This document shows, one piece after another, positions 46,924 to 58,002 of a stretch of DNA of 64,000 nt (position 1 is the stretch's first letter; each line of letters starts with the position of its first letter). This DNA comes from Emiliania huxleyi CCMP1516. Lineage: Eukaryota. The stretch lies in the NCBI RefSeq assembly GCF_000372725.1, contig NW_005202428.1, positions 1,039,331 to 1,103,330 on the forward strand. Direction: 5' to 3'. The notes beneath the pieces are model-generated. The model made no database searches and had not been told where the DNA came from. It was given only the letters and a program-made list of their open reading frames with translations. A program made the position numbers and the translations under genes.

Positions 46924-49339
46924 CTTGGAGCACTTGGAGCACTTGGAGTGCAGTCGGCAACCTCACATCCAGGGCCGGTGAGCTGAGAAGCGCATCCAGC
47001 GGGCCGGATGATCGGCATCGGGCTACGGGCTAGAGAGCCCTGACCCCTAGCTAGGGGGGGGCGCGCATTCGCAGGGCAAGGGCCTTAAAGTAAACACGGG
47101 TCTCCGAGGGTTAGTTCTGCGCTTTGGGTGTCCCCTAGCGGCGGAACGCCCCCTCTACTCGGAGCTAGAGAATACTCTCCGAGGGTTAGCCCCGCGTACC
47201 AGGTTTCCCCTTAACTGCAAGGACGCCCCCTCTACTCGGAGCTAGTGATACGAGAATACGTACCGCCCCCACGCGCAGTACCTGTACTACTCGACGATAA
47301 CACAAGAATACGCAGCTTGCGAGACGCCTATAAAGAAACAGCGGGGTAGGGCTTGATCTCCACAGGCTGGTCGTATCCAAGCGCCGCTGAGCTGACTCTC
47401 TGCAGGTCCCGGCGCAGCTCCTCCTCATTGCCATGGTCTCTCGGCAGCGGGACTATCACGACACCGTCATGCTGAAGGTTGATGACCGCACGGCCCGTCG
47501 CGCACGCCCAGTTCCATTTGGCCGTCCTGGAGACCGCCTCCAGTTCCGAAACCACGTCCGATTTGAGCGTGCGCGCCGGGTCGGTCGCCCCCCCAGGCGG
47601 GTTCACGTTCGTCTCGTGCAGGTTCCAGTACCCCACAGTCTCGTGCAAGTCCGTCAACTGTTCGGCGAGCCATTGCGTACGGAGCGACTGTTGCCGGAAT
47701 AGTTCCCGGACGTGGAAGGTCTCGCCCCCCCCCAACGCGATCGGGCCCTCTCCCAGCGACCTATCCTCCGGGATGTCATTACGGGTGCGCCACGCGGAGT
47801 ACGTGCCATCCATCTCGGTGGCGCAGAACAGGCCTTTGACTGCCTTCCTAGACACGGTTGGCTCCGCTCCTGGGAGGAGGGCCGCTCCCACTGCCACAAG
47901 CACCTTCTCCCTGGTCTCCCCCCGGAGGAACTCCGCCGCTAGCTCTCTGTGGACTCCAATCACCGCGAGGGCCGCCCGCGCATGTGCGGCTCCGTCGTCA
48001 AAGTCGAGGCCAAAGCGCGCCAGCGCGGTGCTTCGGATGGGTCTCGGGAGCCGGAAGGGGTCCGCCGAAGGGGTTGTAGCGTACTCCCTCCCCCCGGAGA
48101 GCCAACCCGCCGCCACCATGGCGTCCGTGCGTCTCCCGTGTTCAAACTCGATGTCCACAAACCCCGTCCGCGGGTCCGGCCCCGGTCTCACCCTCTGGAG
48201 AAAAGCCCTCACCACGTCGTGGTGCGTTTGGTTCGCGAAGAAATGCCGGTCTCGCCGAATCACTCTGGCCCCTGCCGCCGACGCGGCGTACGCCTCGAGC
48301 GCCCCTATGTCGATAGGGCACCGAACCCTTCGGGTGACCGGCCTACCTTCTCGTCGGATCCTAGCATGTTCCTCCCCCCTGAACATGTCATTGAGCAGCT
48401 CGGCCCTTGCCTTCCGCAGCCTTTCCCTCGCCTCGGCCACCTGCTCGTTGGTACATGGCGGCCTCCCCGCCTGCTTCCGTTTTTGGTCCATGTGTCCCAG
48501 CCGGGTCACCGCCTGTTGGTACAGCCGCTCCACCCTCCCTCGGGATGGCGTCGCGTGGACCACTACATCCCCGAGGACGCCGAAGGCATGCCTCGCCCTC
48601 ATCACCCGCGTGACCTCGTCTAGGAAAACCACCGAATCATAGCCAGGCGTGCGGATCCGGGGAGGAGGCTCGTGGCGGATTTGGTTCGGTTCAGCCCTTC
48701 CTTCGACTCGTGCCGTCGGCTGTCCCTCCCCCGTCTCTGCTCCTCCCCCGTCTGAGGCTCGCGTGGCTTCCTCCCTCCGTGCTCCCGCCGGCGGCTGGTT
48801 CTGCCGTACAAGGCCCCGCAGTTCTTCCGCAACGATCTCTCGGTGTCCGAGCTGGTCACCTCCGTTGCCCTGCATGCCCTCGCGGTCGACGTGAGGTAGC
48901 ACCTCCTTGACCATCGCTTCCGCTAGGTCCGCGAGATCCCGCCTCCCCACAAATCGTAGCAGCTTCCTCCCCGACGGGTTCTTGATTCCGGCGAGCCTCT
49001 CCGGTCCGTCGAGGTCGTCGGCCTGTAGGCGGGGGGTCTACTCAAGTGCCTGCGTGAGTGAGTGTGGAGTGGTGGTGTGACGTGTGAGGCGTGCAGTGTG
49101 GTGTTCATTAGCTCCGAGTAGAGGGGGCGTCCTGCAGTTAAGGGGAAACCCGGTACGCGGGGCCAACCCTCGGAGACCCGTGTTTACTTTAAGGCCCTTG
49201 CCCTGCGAACGCGCACCCCCCCTAGGGGTCAGGGCTCTCTAGCCCGTAGCCCGATCCCGATCATCCGGCCCGCTGGGTGCGCTTCTGAGCTCCCCGGCCC
49301 TGGATGTGAGGCTGCCGACTGCACTCCAAGTGCTCCAAG
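46924..49339 (-). mobile_element. Putative mobile element: PolA/TV-Pol-like ORF between ~230-bp inverted repeats with (CTTGGAGCA)n termini
   Basis: 49109-49339 is the near-identical reverse complement of 46933-47244 (left arm has a ~70-bp internal duplication at ~47101-47175); third copy of the end at 55056-55457. Confidence 0.8.
47328..49023 (-). CDS. Family-A DNA polymerase-like protein (TV-Pol-like palm/fingers), N-terminus missing or spliced
   Basis: GREYA...FRLPRPIRSTAL (GR / LPRxIR), LDFDDGAAH (motif A), RKAVKGLF....DG (motif B RxxxK), TLKSDVVSELE, VINLQHDGVVI (motif C), VEIKP; frame stays open to a CTACAG acceptor-like site at ~49023, first ATG 48914. Confidence 0.7.
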
Positions 49340-50132
49340 GGTAAAGTTCGGCGGCTATGATAAACCGAAAGTTGTCGTAAAACGCGGGCGAAAGCAAAGC
49401 AGAGGGCGGGCGCTTTTTGCCGCAGCGATGCCCGCAGCCTGTCGAGCAGCTTCCGCGGCGCACATGCGCCGCGGGGTTGAACGACAGCCGCGCCTCTCGA
49501 GCCACCCGTGCCACGCGCGGCGACGCGCACCCTGCGCGCCAGTCGGCGCACTGGCAGTACTGCACCAGCCAGCACGGCGTGGAGCAATGCATCCAGGGCA
49601 TTGTGTTGGGCGCCAGCCAGCATGCCTCAGCACAGAGCAAGAGCGCATGCTGCGCACCCTGGCGCAGCACCAGCTCGCCTCCAATCAGGCACTCTCACCA
49701 CTGCACAGCCGCCCACGAGCGCCCGCAGCTGCACTGCTCAACGCTCAAGCTCAGGAGCCTCCCCTTGTTGTCGCAGCTTTGTGCAGTGCAGCGTGCGAGC
49801 AGCGCAGCGCCAGGCAGACCCGTGGCACGCCCGGGCGGCTGTGGGACGGAGGCCCGCCGAGCGAGTGCGAGCCGCATCGGCGGCCATGTCTCCCGCAGCC
49901 GCGAGCGAGCGGTGCAAAGAGGCAGCGTCGCGCATGCTTTCCGTAACGGTTCTATCGCTTTGCAAAAATTCTTTTCGTGATCATTCTGTTCGCGCGGAGG
50001 AGGAAGGCAGTTGGCAACCTCCTCCAGCGTCTTGACGGAGTGCCCCCAGCCCGGCGGGAGGTAGAGCAGAGACCCCCGACAGCTGCAGCGAGCGTCCGGC
50101 TCGGAGACCACAAGCGGACTGAAGAAACCAAA

Positions 50133-53100
50133 ATGCCCGACCCCACCGCTGTCACTGCTCTCGTGCGTGCCCTGATCGAGGCCGAGGTGCCTGAGCTCCC
50201 GCCCGGAGACGAGCGCGCCTTGCGTCTGCTGCGGTACGCCTTGCGCATCCTCGGTTCCTCGATGCCGAGCGCGCTGCCATCGGCATCGCAGAGTGCAGAG
50301 CTTGCGCGGCGGCGGCTGGTGCACGCGGGTCGCACCGAGGACGCGCTGGCGCTGTCGCGGCGGCTGCGGGCGCTCGAGGCTTGCCCGGGCGCGCGGAACC
50401 TCCCATGTGTGCTCCACCTCCTCACCTGCCTGATGCAATCGCCGCCGCCGGGCTCGCTCGCGGCGTTCGCCCGCGGCTCGCTCCTCGAACGCACTGGCGG
50501 ACGCGCCATCGAGAGCGGCGGAGCTTCGCGCCCCTCACGCGCCGCCGTGCCGCTGCCATCCCGTCGCGCGCCCTCTTGCAGCGACGGAATCGGTCGCGCG
50601 GACGCGTCTGCTTTGCAGCACGCTGCTGCCGCCGCCGCTGCTTCCGGCGGCGCTGCTGCTACTTCCGCCTCCGCCGCGCCCGCGAGGACGGGCTGGCGCG
50701 CGGGCGCAGGCAGCGGCGGCGTCGTCGGCGAGGAGGCTTCCGAGACACTCCCGAGACGCTTCCGAGGCACTTCCCCACCAAGACCTCCCCAGACGCCTCC
50801 CGTCCAGGCGCTCGTCCGCGACCTGCTCTACGTGATGCAAAACATCGAGGGCAGGCACCTCAAGTGGGACGACAAGGCCGACTCCTTCCTCTTTCAGCCC
50901 GCCGAGCGACCACGAGGCGGCCCCCCCTTGCCGCAGCTGACGCCCGCCGCCGCCGCCGCCGCCGCTTCGCTGGCCCCGGGAGTCGTGCAGGCGGTGGCGA
51001 GGTTGTGTGAGATCGGGTGGATGTACCGCGCCGTCTCCGCCTTTGTCGCCGAAGCGCACACGCCGCACACCTCGGGGGGCGGCGCAGGGCTCGTCGCGCG
51101 TGCGCTCGCCGCGTCGATGCAGGCGGAGCTGATCACATCTAGTGGCGTACAGAGTCTAAGTATGTAACATCTCGCGCGTCGTTGCAGGCGGAGCTGAGCG
51201 AGTGGCTGCGGCTGCTCGCCGTGCTCGAGTCGCAGCGGCTGCAAGGCCTCTCCCTCCAGCTGCCCGCGTGTGGCGAGATGTTCGAGTCGATTCTATGATA
51301 CAGTGCATCATGAGATTAGGCCTCTCCCTCCTCCAGCTGCTCGTCTGGGGCGAGCCTCCCCTCCAGGTCACTCTCGGGAGAAGCCGCGCCGTCCCACGCC
51401 CGCTTGCCTGATGGCGGCCAGAGTCGTGCTAGCCACCTCCGAGCCACTCCCTTGCGACCTCTGCCTCCGCCGACGCCCTCACCAGCTGCCTCTCCGTGAC
51501 CCCCACCTCACGCCCGCCTGGCCCGTCCCACGCGCGCAGCGCTTCGTCACCCTCGTCGCGGTCGTGCGAGGGTGCAGCCACCTTCGCGGCGGCGCGATGA
51601 CAGTCGGTGTCGAGCGGCTCGGCCAGCACGGCGACCCGGCGGTGGAGGCGTACGTGCAGCGGCTGCTGCGCGGCGCGTGCGCGCCGCTGCTCGAGAGCTT
51701 GCGTCGCTGGCTCACGGACGGAGAGCTGGACGACCCTTGCGGCGAGATGTAGCCGAGATCTCGCCGAGAGGTCGCCGAGAGGTCGCCGAGGTGCACGATC
51801 CTGCCCCCCCCCCCCCCTCCTCTCAAACCCGCGGCAACCCCCCCCTTTCATGGGGTTCGATCGTTGATGACTCAGGCGAGTTCTTCATCGAGGCCCGCCC
51901 CGCGCCGCTCGCCGAGCTGTGGGAGAAGCGGTACGCCCTTCGGCCGCACATGCTGCCCTGCTTCCTCTCGCCCAAGGCCGCCTCGCGCGCCCTGCTGGGC
52001 GGCAAAGCGATCAACTTCATCCGCCTCGCCTGCGGGGAGGGGCAGTGGACCTTCGACGCGGCCGCCGCCGCCGCGAGGGGGGGCGCCGCCGCCGCCGCGG
52101 CCGGGCGGCACTTCGGCGCCGCGTTCGAGCCTCGGACAGTCAACTTGGCGGAGCGGGCCGCCGGCGAGGCGACGCTCTCTGCGGCGATCGAGTGCGCGTG
52201 CTCGCGCGCCAACGAGAAGCTGGTCGAGCTGCTGCTCGGCCGGCACCGGCTGCAGGAGCAGCTTCCCCACGGAGCACTCCCGAGATCACACCCGAGATTG
52301 CCCGAGGCTGTCTGGAGCTCACCCGAGCTCACCGACCTGCAGGAGCACCTCACCCACCTGAAAGAGTATCTCCTGCTCGGCAAGGGCGACTTTGTGCAGG
52401 CGCCGCCTCATCTCGGGCGAGTCTCGGCTAAGACTGGGGGGTATTGGCTGATCTCGGGTGATCTCGCGTCATATCGCGTCATATCGCGTATTCTCGCGTG
52501 ATCTCGGGTGATCTCGCGTGATCTCGGGTGATCTCGCGTGATCCCGCGTGATCTCGCGTGATCTCGCGTGATCTCGTGCAGGCGCTGATGGAGCCGCTCT
52601 TGCCGCAGCTCTCGCGCCCCGCCTCGCAGCTGCACCGCCACCACCTGCTTGGGCTCGTCGAGTCCGCGGTGAGATGAGCCGAGATGAGCCGAGATGAGCC
52701 GAGATTGCGCCGAGATGAGCCACTTGCCCGGGCTCGTCGAGTCCGCGGTCCGCGGACTGCACGCCCCCGCTCGGCGCTGGCCGTGGAGCTTTGCGTGAGC
52801 CTTCTCGGAGCCACCCGCAGGTGCGCTCCTGCACCTCGCCCGGTGTCGCGGCAGGGAGCGGGAACGTCGGCTCGAGCGGCGGCGGATCGGGTTGGGCCCG
52901 CGGCGGCAGCGACTCGGAGCAGCTGCTGCTGCTCGCCCACCTCGGCGTCCTGCTGAGCAGCTCGCCGGGCGAGATGCCGCCGAGATGCCGCCGAGATGTG
53001 GAGACCACACAAGACACAGTCCCGCTGAGCAGCTCGCCACCGGCTCTCGGCTGGCCGCCCCAGTGGGCCAACCTCGCATGCGCCGAGGAACGAGCCGACT

Positions 53101-53887
53101 AGGCGCCACCGGCTGGGAGGCTTTCTCGCTCGACTACCGCGCCGACCCGCCCGTGAGCGCAGTGCTGAGCGCGGCCGCCGTCGGCGAGTACCGGCGTGTC
53201 TTCACGCTGCTGTGGCGTCTCAAGCGCGTGGAGCTGTCGCTGTCCGCCGTCTGGCGCAGGCACACCACGGCGGCGCGGCTGGTGCGCGCGCTCTCGTCCG
53301 ACGCGCTGCTGCACCGCTGCCACCTGCTCCGGCACGAGATGGTGCACTTCGTCTTCAACCTGCAGTACTACCTGATGTTCGAGGTGATCCAGTGCTCGTG
53401 GGAGGAGCTCGTCGCCGCACTCGCCGCCGCCTCCGACTTGGACGGCCTCATCGGCGCGCACTCGGCCTTCCTCTCCGCCGTCGTCCAGAAGGCCATGCTC
53501 GGGCCGGAGAATGCGCCGCTGCTCGAGGCGCTGGACGCGCTCTTCGAGACGATCCTCCGGTTCGCAAAGTCGCAAGAGCTGCTCTACATCCACCTGCTCG
53601 AGCAGCGAGCCGCCGCCAAGCAGATGGCGGCAGCCGCCGCCGCAAACACCGCCGCCGGCGGGTGGGGCGCGGCGGGCGCGGCAGAGGCGGAGGCGCTGCT
53701 CGCCGAGGGGGACGCGCCGCCGCTTCAGCCGCACTTTTACGAACAGCTGCGCGTGCACGCCGCGCAGTACCGGCAGCAGTTCGCCGCCTTCTTCGCGCAG
53801 GTGACGCGCCACGCCTCGCTCGACCTCACGTTCCTCTCCTTCCGGCTCGACTTCAACGCGTACTACGAGTCGCTGGGCGGCGCGTAG
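50133..53887 (+). CDS. TUBGCP3: Gamma-tubulin complex component 3, many exons
   Basis: LVRDLLYVMQNIEG, LCEIGWMY, HGDP, WLTDGELDDPCGEFF, GKAINFIR, YLLLGKGDFV, GWEAFSLDY, EMVHFVFNLQYYLMFEVIQCSW, FLSFRLDFNAYY. Confidence 0.93.
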
Positions 53888-54265
53888 GGCCGCGGTGGAG
53901 AGGGGTTCGTAGTAGGGTCGGAGGGGTGTCGCTGTGTCGCATGACGATAGAGGGATAGAGGGCCGGAGTCCTATATTCCTAGATTCGCGCGACGCAGCGT
54001 TAGAACTTCAAGTTGAAAAAAAAATGAAGCAGCGGCACGCTCGCCGAGCGCGCGCGAATCTCACAATTCACATAGTCTGAGGGTTACAGTAGAGTAGGTT
54101 TCTGGAGCCTCGCCCTCGGGTGCTTTTACGCTTTTGAGATCGGGTCAGGGAGGGGAGAGTGCGACTTTTACCACTTTGGTCGTCTCGGAGCGCCCAACTG
54201 TTAGCATTTTTCAATTTTTTCTTCGGCCCGCTGCGCGCCGGGTGCAGACCAGTAACGAGTAAGTA

Positions 54266-54337
54266 CTTGAGCACTTGAGCACTGGATAGGGTCGATTCCG
54301 CGTGGTACGGGACCCCTCGATCGTCTCGCCCTCCCTC
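54266..54337. repeat. 72-bp dispersed repeat starting with (CTTGAGCA)2 (other copy 63738-63809)
   Basis: CTTGAGCACTTGAGCACTGGATAGGGTCGATTCCGC(G/A)TGGTACGGGACCCCTCGATCGTCTCGCCCTCCCTC, one mismatch between copies. Confidence 0.9.
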
Positions 54338-54533
54338 GCAGCTATCGTCCCGCAAACGGCAGAAGTAGTTCCTGCACACTATGCCTAGAAAAATGCTGCC
54401 GCTCGCCTCGAAAGCGCCCGTGTGTGTCCAAACACATGTTTGTAGCGCTCAAGTTTGTAACACATAAGGGCGCTGCTGAGCACGAGGCTGAGGCGCTGAG
54501 GCGCTGAGCCCGGGGCTCTTTGCGGCGGCGGCG

Positions 54534-54680
54534 ATGCGAAAGGTCCAAAAGGATCTGGTGGCGATGAAGGTGGTGGAGCTCAAGGAGGAGCTGGGCGAGC
54601 GTAGCGAGGCCGTCTCGGGCAACAAGGCGTGGCTGCGCCGCCGGCTGCACGCCGCTATAGTGAGCGAGTATTTGGAGACC
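54534..54680 (+). pseudogene. SAP-domain coding fragment inside the TIR element
   Basis: LVAMKVVELKEELGERSEAVSGNKAWLRRRL fits the SAP consensus LxxLxVxELKxxLxxRGLxxSGxKxxLxxRL. Confidence 0.75.
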
Positions 54681-55055
54681 GCGCTGCGGGCGCCGCCGGA
54701 GAGTAGAATGTCCAAAGTTTTCGCGCGCGCCTGCGGTGACTTTTACCATTTTGCCCCGGGCGGGTCCACTTTTGTCGTTTTGCCCCAAATATCTACCCCC
54801 GGGCGTGCTTTTAGGATTTAGCGTTTTGACCCAAATCGGCCGAACTGGGATACCCTCAGACTATGGCGAATCACTTGACACTTCGCCAGTCAGTCCCTCC
54901 ACGCCCACTCATCGCGACGCCGTCCTCCCCATTCATTCAAACATACGCTAGCAGCCATTCATTTTTGCGCCAGGAGAATTTGTTAGGAAAGTCTTTTCGC
55001 TCGCACATGATGTTAGTGCCAGTGCGCGCCAGTCCCGTTCCAAGTGTTGTGCGAG

Positions 55056-55457
55056 GGAGCACTTGGAGCACTTGGAGTGCAGTCATTAACCTCACATCCA
55101 GGGCCGGGGAGCTAAGGAGCGCACCCAGCGGGCCGGATGATCGGTATCGGGTTACGGGCTAGAGAGCCCTAGCCCCGGGGGTGCGCGTTCGCAGGGAAAG
55201 GGCCGTAAAGTAAAAACACGGGTCTCCGAGGGTTAGTTCCGTGTACCGGGTTTCCCCTTAACTGCAGAACGCCCCCTCTACTCGGAGCTAACGGACGACT
55301 AACATGTTTTCTTTCTTTTTCTACTCGGAGCCAGTGATACGAGAATACGCACATGTTACGAGAATACACACTGCCCCCACGGAGTACCTGTACTACTCGA
55401 CGATAATACAAGAATACGCAGCTTGGAAGTTGCAGACGCCTATAAAGGAAAAACAGC
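55056..55457 (-). mobile_element. Truncated copy of the Pol element: 3' end only
   Basis: Homologous to 46927-47342, from the GGAGCACTTGGAGCACTTGGAGTGCAG terminus through the region of the ORF stop codon. Confidence 0.85.
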
Positions 55458-55966
55458 AAGCTAAAGCTTTCGGCGGCTAAAAAGCAAAGGACGGGCGCTT
55501 TTGATCGGCAAAGCAAAGTTGGAGTAACGGCGACCGCGTCGTCACAATGCCAGTCGCCTGTCGAGCAGCCTTGGCGGCGCGCATGCGCCGCAGGGTTGAC
55601 CGACAGCCGCGCGCCTCGAGCATCTCGCTCCACTCACTCGCGGCACGACGCACCCCCCGCGCGCCGGTCAGCGCAACAGGAGTATTGCGACATGCTGCAC
55701 AACGCGCAAAGGACAGCACTGAGAGGTTGGCGCCAGTCGCCCACCAGCATGTCTCAGCACCGCGTGTGAGGGAGCATGCTGCGCACGCTGATGCAGGAGT
55801 CCTGCCAGAATTCATTCGCTCGACACCTATCTAGATATTGCTCACGCCGTCGAGCACGGCGTTCAAAGCGACGCGCTCACTAGAGTGTAGTGTTGGGCAC
55901 TGTCAGAGCGGTGTTACGACACCGATATCGTCTTAACGACGCCAACGTGCACGCTGGCAGTCTCCA

Positions 55967-57494
55967 ATGTCAGAGCAGAGTGTCAAGCCGGTCGTCGTGA
56001 TCGCAGTCGGCGTCATCGCAAGCATGTCTTTCAATACCGGCTACGACATCGGTATAATGTCGTCCGCGAAGAGGCTCATGGCGCTCGACCTCGACCTGAG
56101 CCCATGGCAGGTTTCCGTGTTGGTCGGCAGCCTCAACATTGTCACCGGCCTCGCCAGCCTGCTTAGCGGCGTGGCGGCGGACACCCTCGGAAGGAAGAGG
56201 CTCATCCTTCTCTCAAGCTTCATCTGCACAGTCGCTGTGCTGCTTATGGGAGCCGCCAGCGGACCGAACGCCTTTGCGATGGTGATGCTTGGGCGCACCT
56301 TCAACGGCATTGGCACCGGGCTGGCTCTGCAGGTGTCCCAATGCTTCGTCGCAGAGATTGCGCCGAAGCATATCCGCGGCTTGCTCGGCGCGTCGTTCGA
56401 GCTGTTCATCAACATCGGCGACTCTCGCCGTGTCTATCCTGCCATCCGTCTCCGAAGCTCGCCTGACCATGCACGGTTCGCTGGGTTTAGGCATCCTGAT
56501 GGGCTACATCGGCGGCTGGGCGCTCTCCGGTCTGCCCGTTGGCACCGCCTGGCGGCTGATGATTGGGCTGGGCGCTGTGCCGCCCGCGGTCGTCCTGCTC
56601 GTGATGCCGTGCATGCCCGAGTCGCCGCGCTTCCTCCTCGGAGCTGGCCGCGCGGACGAGGCGGAGCGAGTCTTGTACCGGATCTACGCGCCTGCCGAGG
56701 CGGCAGCCGCCCTGCAGGAGATGCAAGAGGAGGCGGCCAAGCACGCCGGAGCTGGTTCGGGCGCCGGGCTGCTCACGACGGCACGGCTGGTCCTCTGTGC
56801 GCCCGCGCCACGCACGCGCCAGCTCGCGCATGCCGCGCTCATGACCGCCTTCCTCCAGCAAGCCTCCGGCGTCGAGGCGGCGACCTACTACACTCCCGAG
56901 GTCATGGAGGCTGCCGGGGTCGAGGACGAGGCGTCGCTGCAGCTGGCCACGATCGCCATGGGCGCCGTCAAGGTGAGTGTGATCGGTGTCGCCGCGGCGG
57001 TCGTGGACCGGTGCGGACGCAAGCCGCTCCTCGTCGCCTCAAACGCGGGGATTGCCGCCGCGCAGCTCCTCCTGTCTGCCAGCTTTGCGTCCGGCGGCAT
57101 GCTGTGGGCCGCCCTGGCAGGCCAGTGCATCTTCATGGCAACCTTCTCCGCCGGGGTTGGCCCTTGCACGTGGCTGCTCATCCCCGAGTCCTTCCCGCTA
57201 GCCGCGAGGGGCGTCGGCGTCGGCATCGCCACCTTCATCAACCGCATGGCCGCCGGGGGGATCGCGCTCGTCTTCTCCTCCCTGATCCGCACCCTCACCC
57301 CCGCCGGCACCTTCCTCTTCTTCGCGATGTGCGCGGCCGGGGCCGCGGCATACACCTCGGCGTGCGTGGTCGAGACGAAGGGCCTCTCGCTCGAGGAGAT
57401 CCACTCGGAGCAGCCGCGTTCGAACGGTGCCGCGGCTCGTGCTCCTGCTGCCGCGGCGGACCCTGCCAGGACTGTCCTAGTCAGGTCCGAATGA
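55967..57494 (+). CDS. MFS sugar porter (polyol/monosaccharide transporter), 2 exons
   Basis: GYDIGIMS, ADTLGRK, AEIAPKHIRG, PESPRFL, QQASG...YY, VDRCGRKPL, PESFP..ARG, VETKGLSLEEI; GC-AG intron ~56420-56490. Confidence 0.93.
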
Positions 57495-58002
57495 GTCCCC
57501 GGGCTCAGGGCGCGGGCGGGGGATCGATTCGGCTTTTTTGGGAGGTTCGATGTGTTTTTTATGTGTTTTGAAAAGGGAGCTCGGCCGTGTCATGATACAT
57601 GATTTGATATGATGTCTCACATATGTGTGTATGTGAGAGAGAGATTTTTATTAACCAACAAGAAATCACGACTCTCACAGTGATTTGGGCTCGGCAGCTT
57701 GTCAGCCCTCAGCCGAAGCTGGGGCCGGTCCCGTAGCCGAGAGAGCCCGCGCCTTGTATGTGTCGCCAAGGCCCAAGAGGGCCTTCGTCGCGCCGCGCTG
57801 CCAGGGCTCGTGGATTCGGTCGCCGCCATAATTGACTGGGCGGCCGAATTCTTTTCCGCTGCCTTTTTTGTGGTGCTAGTCCTTTCGAGTCTGCTGTGAG
57901 CGGAGGGCGAGAAAAAAATCGAGCCGCGAAACTGGTCGTTGGCGCGTTCAGCCCACTCGCGCAAGCGCGCCCCACCCTCTGCCGCCCTCCGCTCCCATTC
58001 GC

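Larger units (their letters stand above)
54071..54865. mobile_element. Non-autonomous TIR DNA transposon (795 bp), P-superfamily-like ends
   Basis: Perfect 14-bp TIR CATAGTCTGAGGGT (54071) / ACCCTCAGACTATG (54865); no exact TSD seen. Confidence 0.7.

Noticed and set aside
47328..49023. Reverse transcriptase interpretation of the element ORF
   Set aside because: No YxDD or QG motifs; DxD, RxxxK and HDG fit family-A polymerases better
54286..54316. GGGTCGATTCC resembling a tRNA T-arm / B-box
   Set aside because: No cloverleaf or A-box could be built; kept only as part of a dispersed repeat
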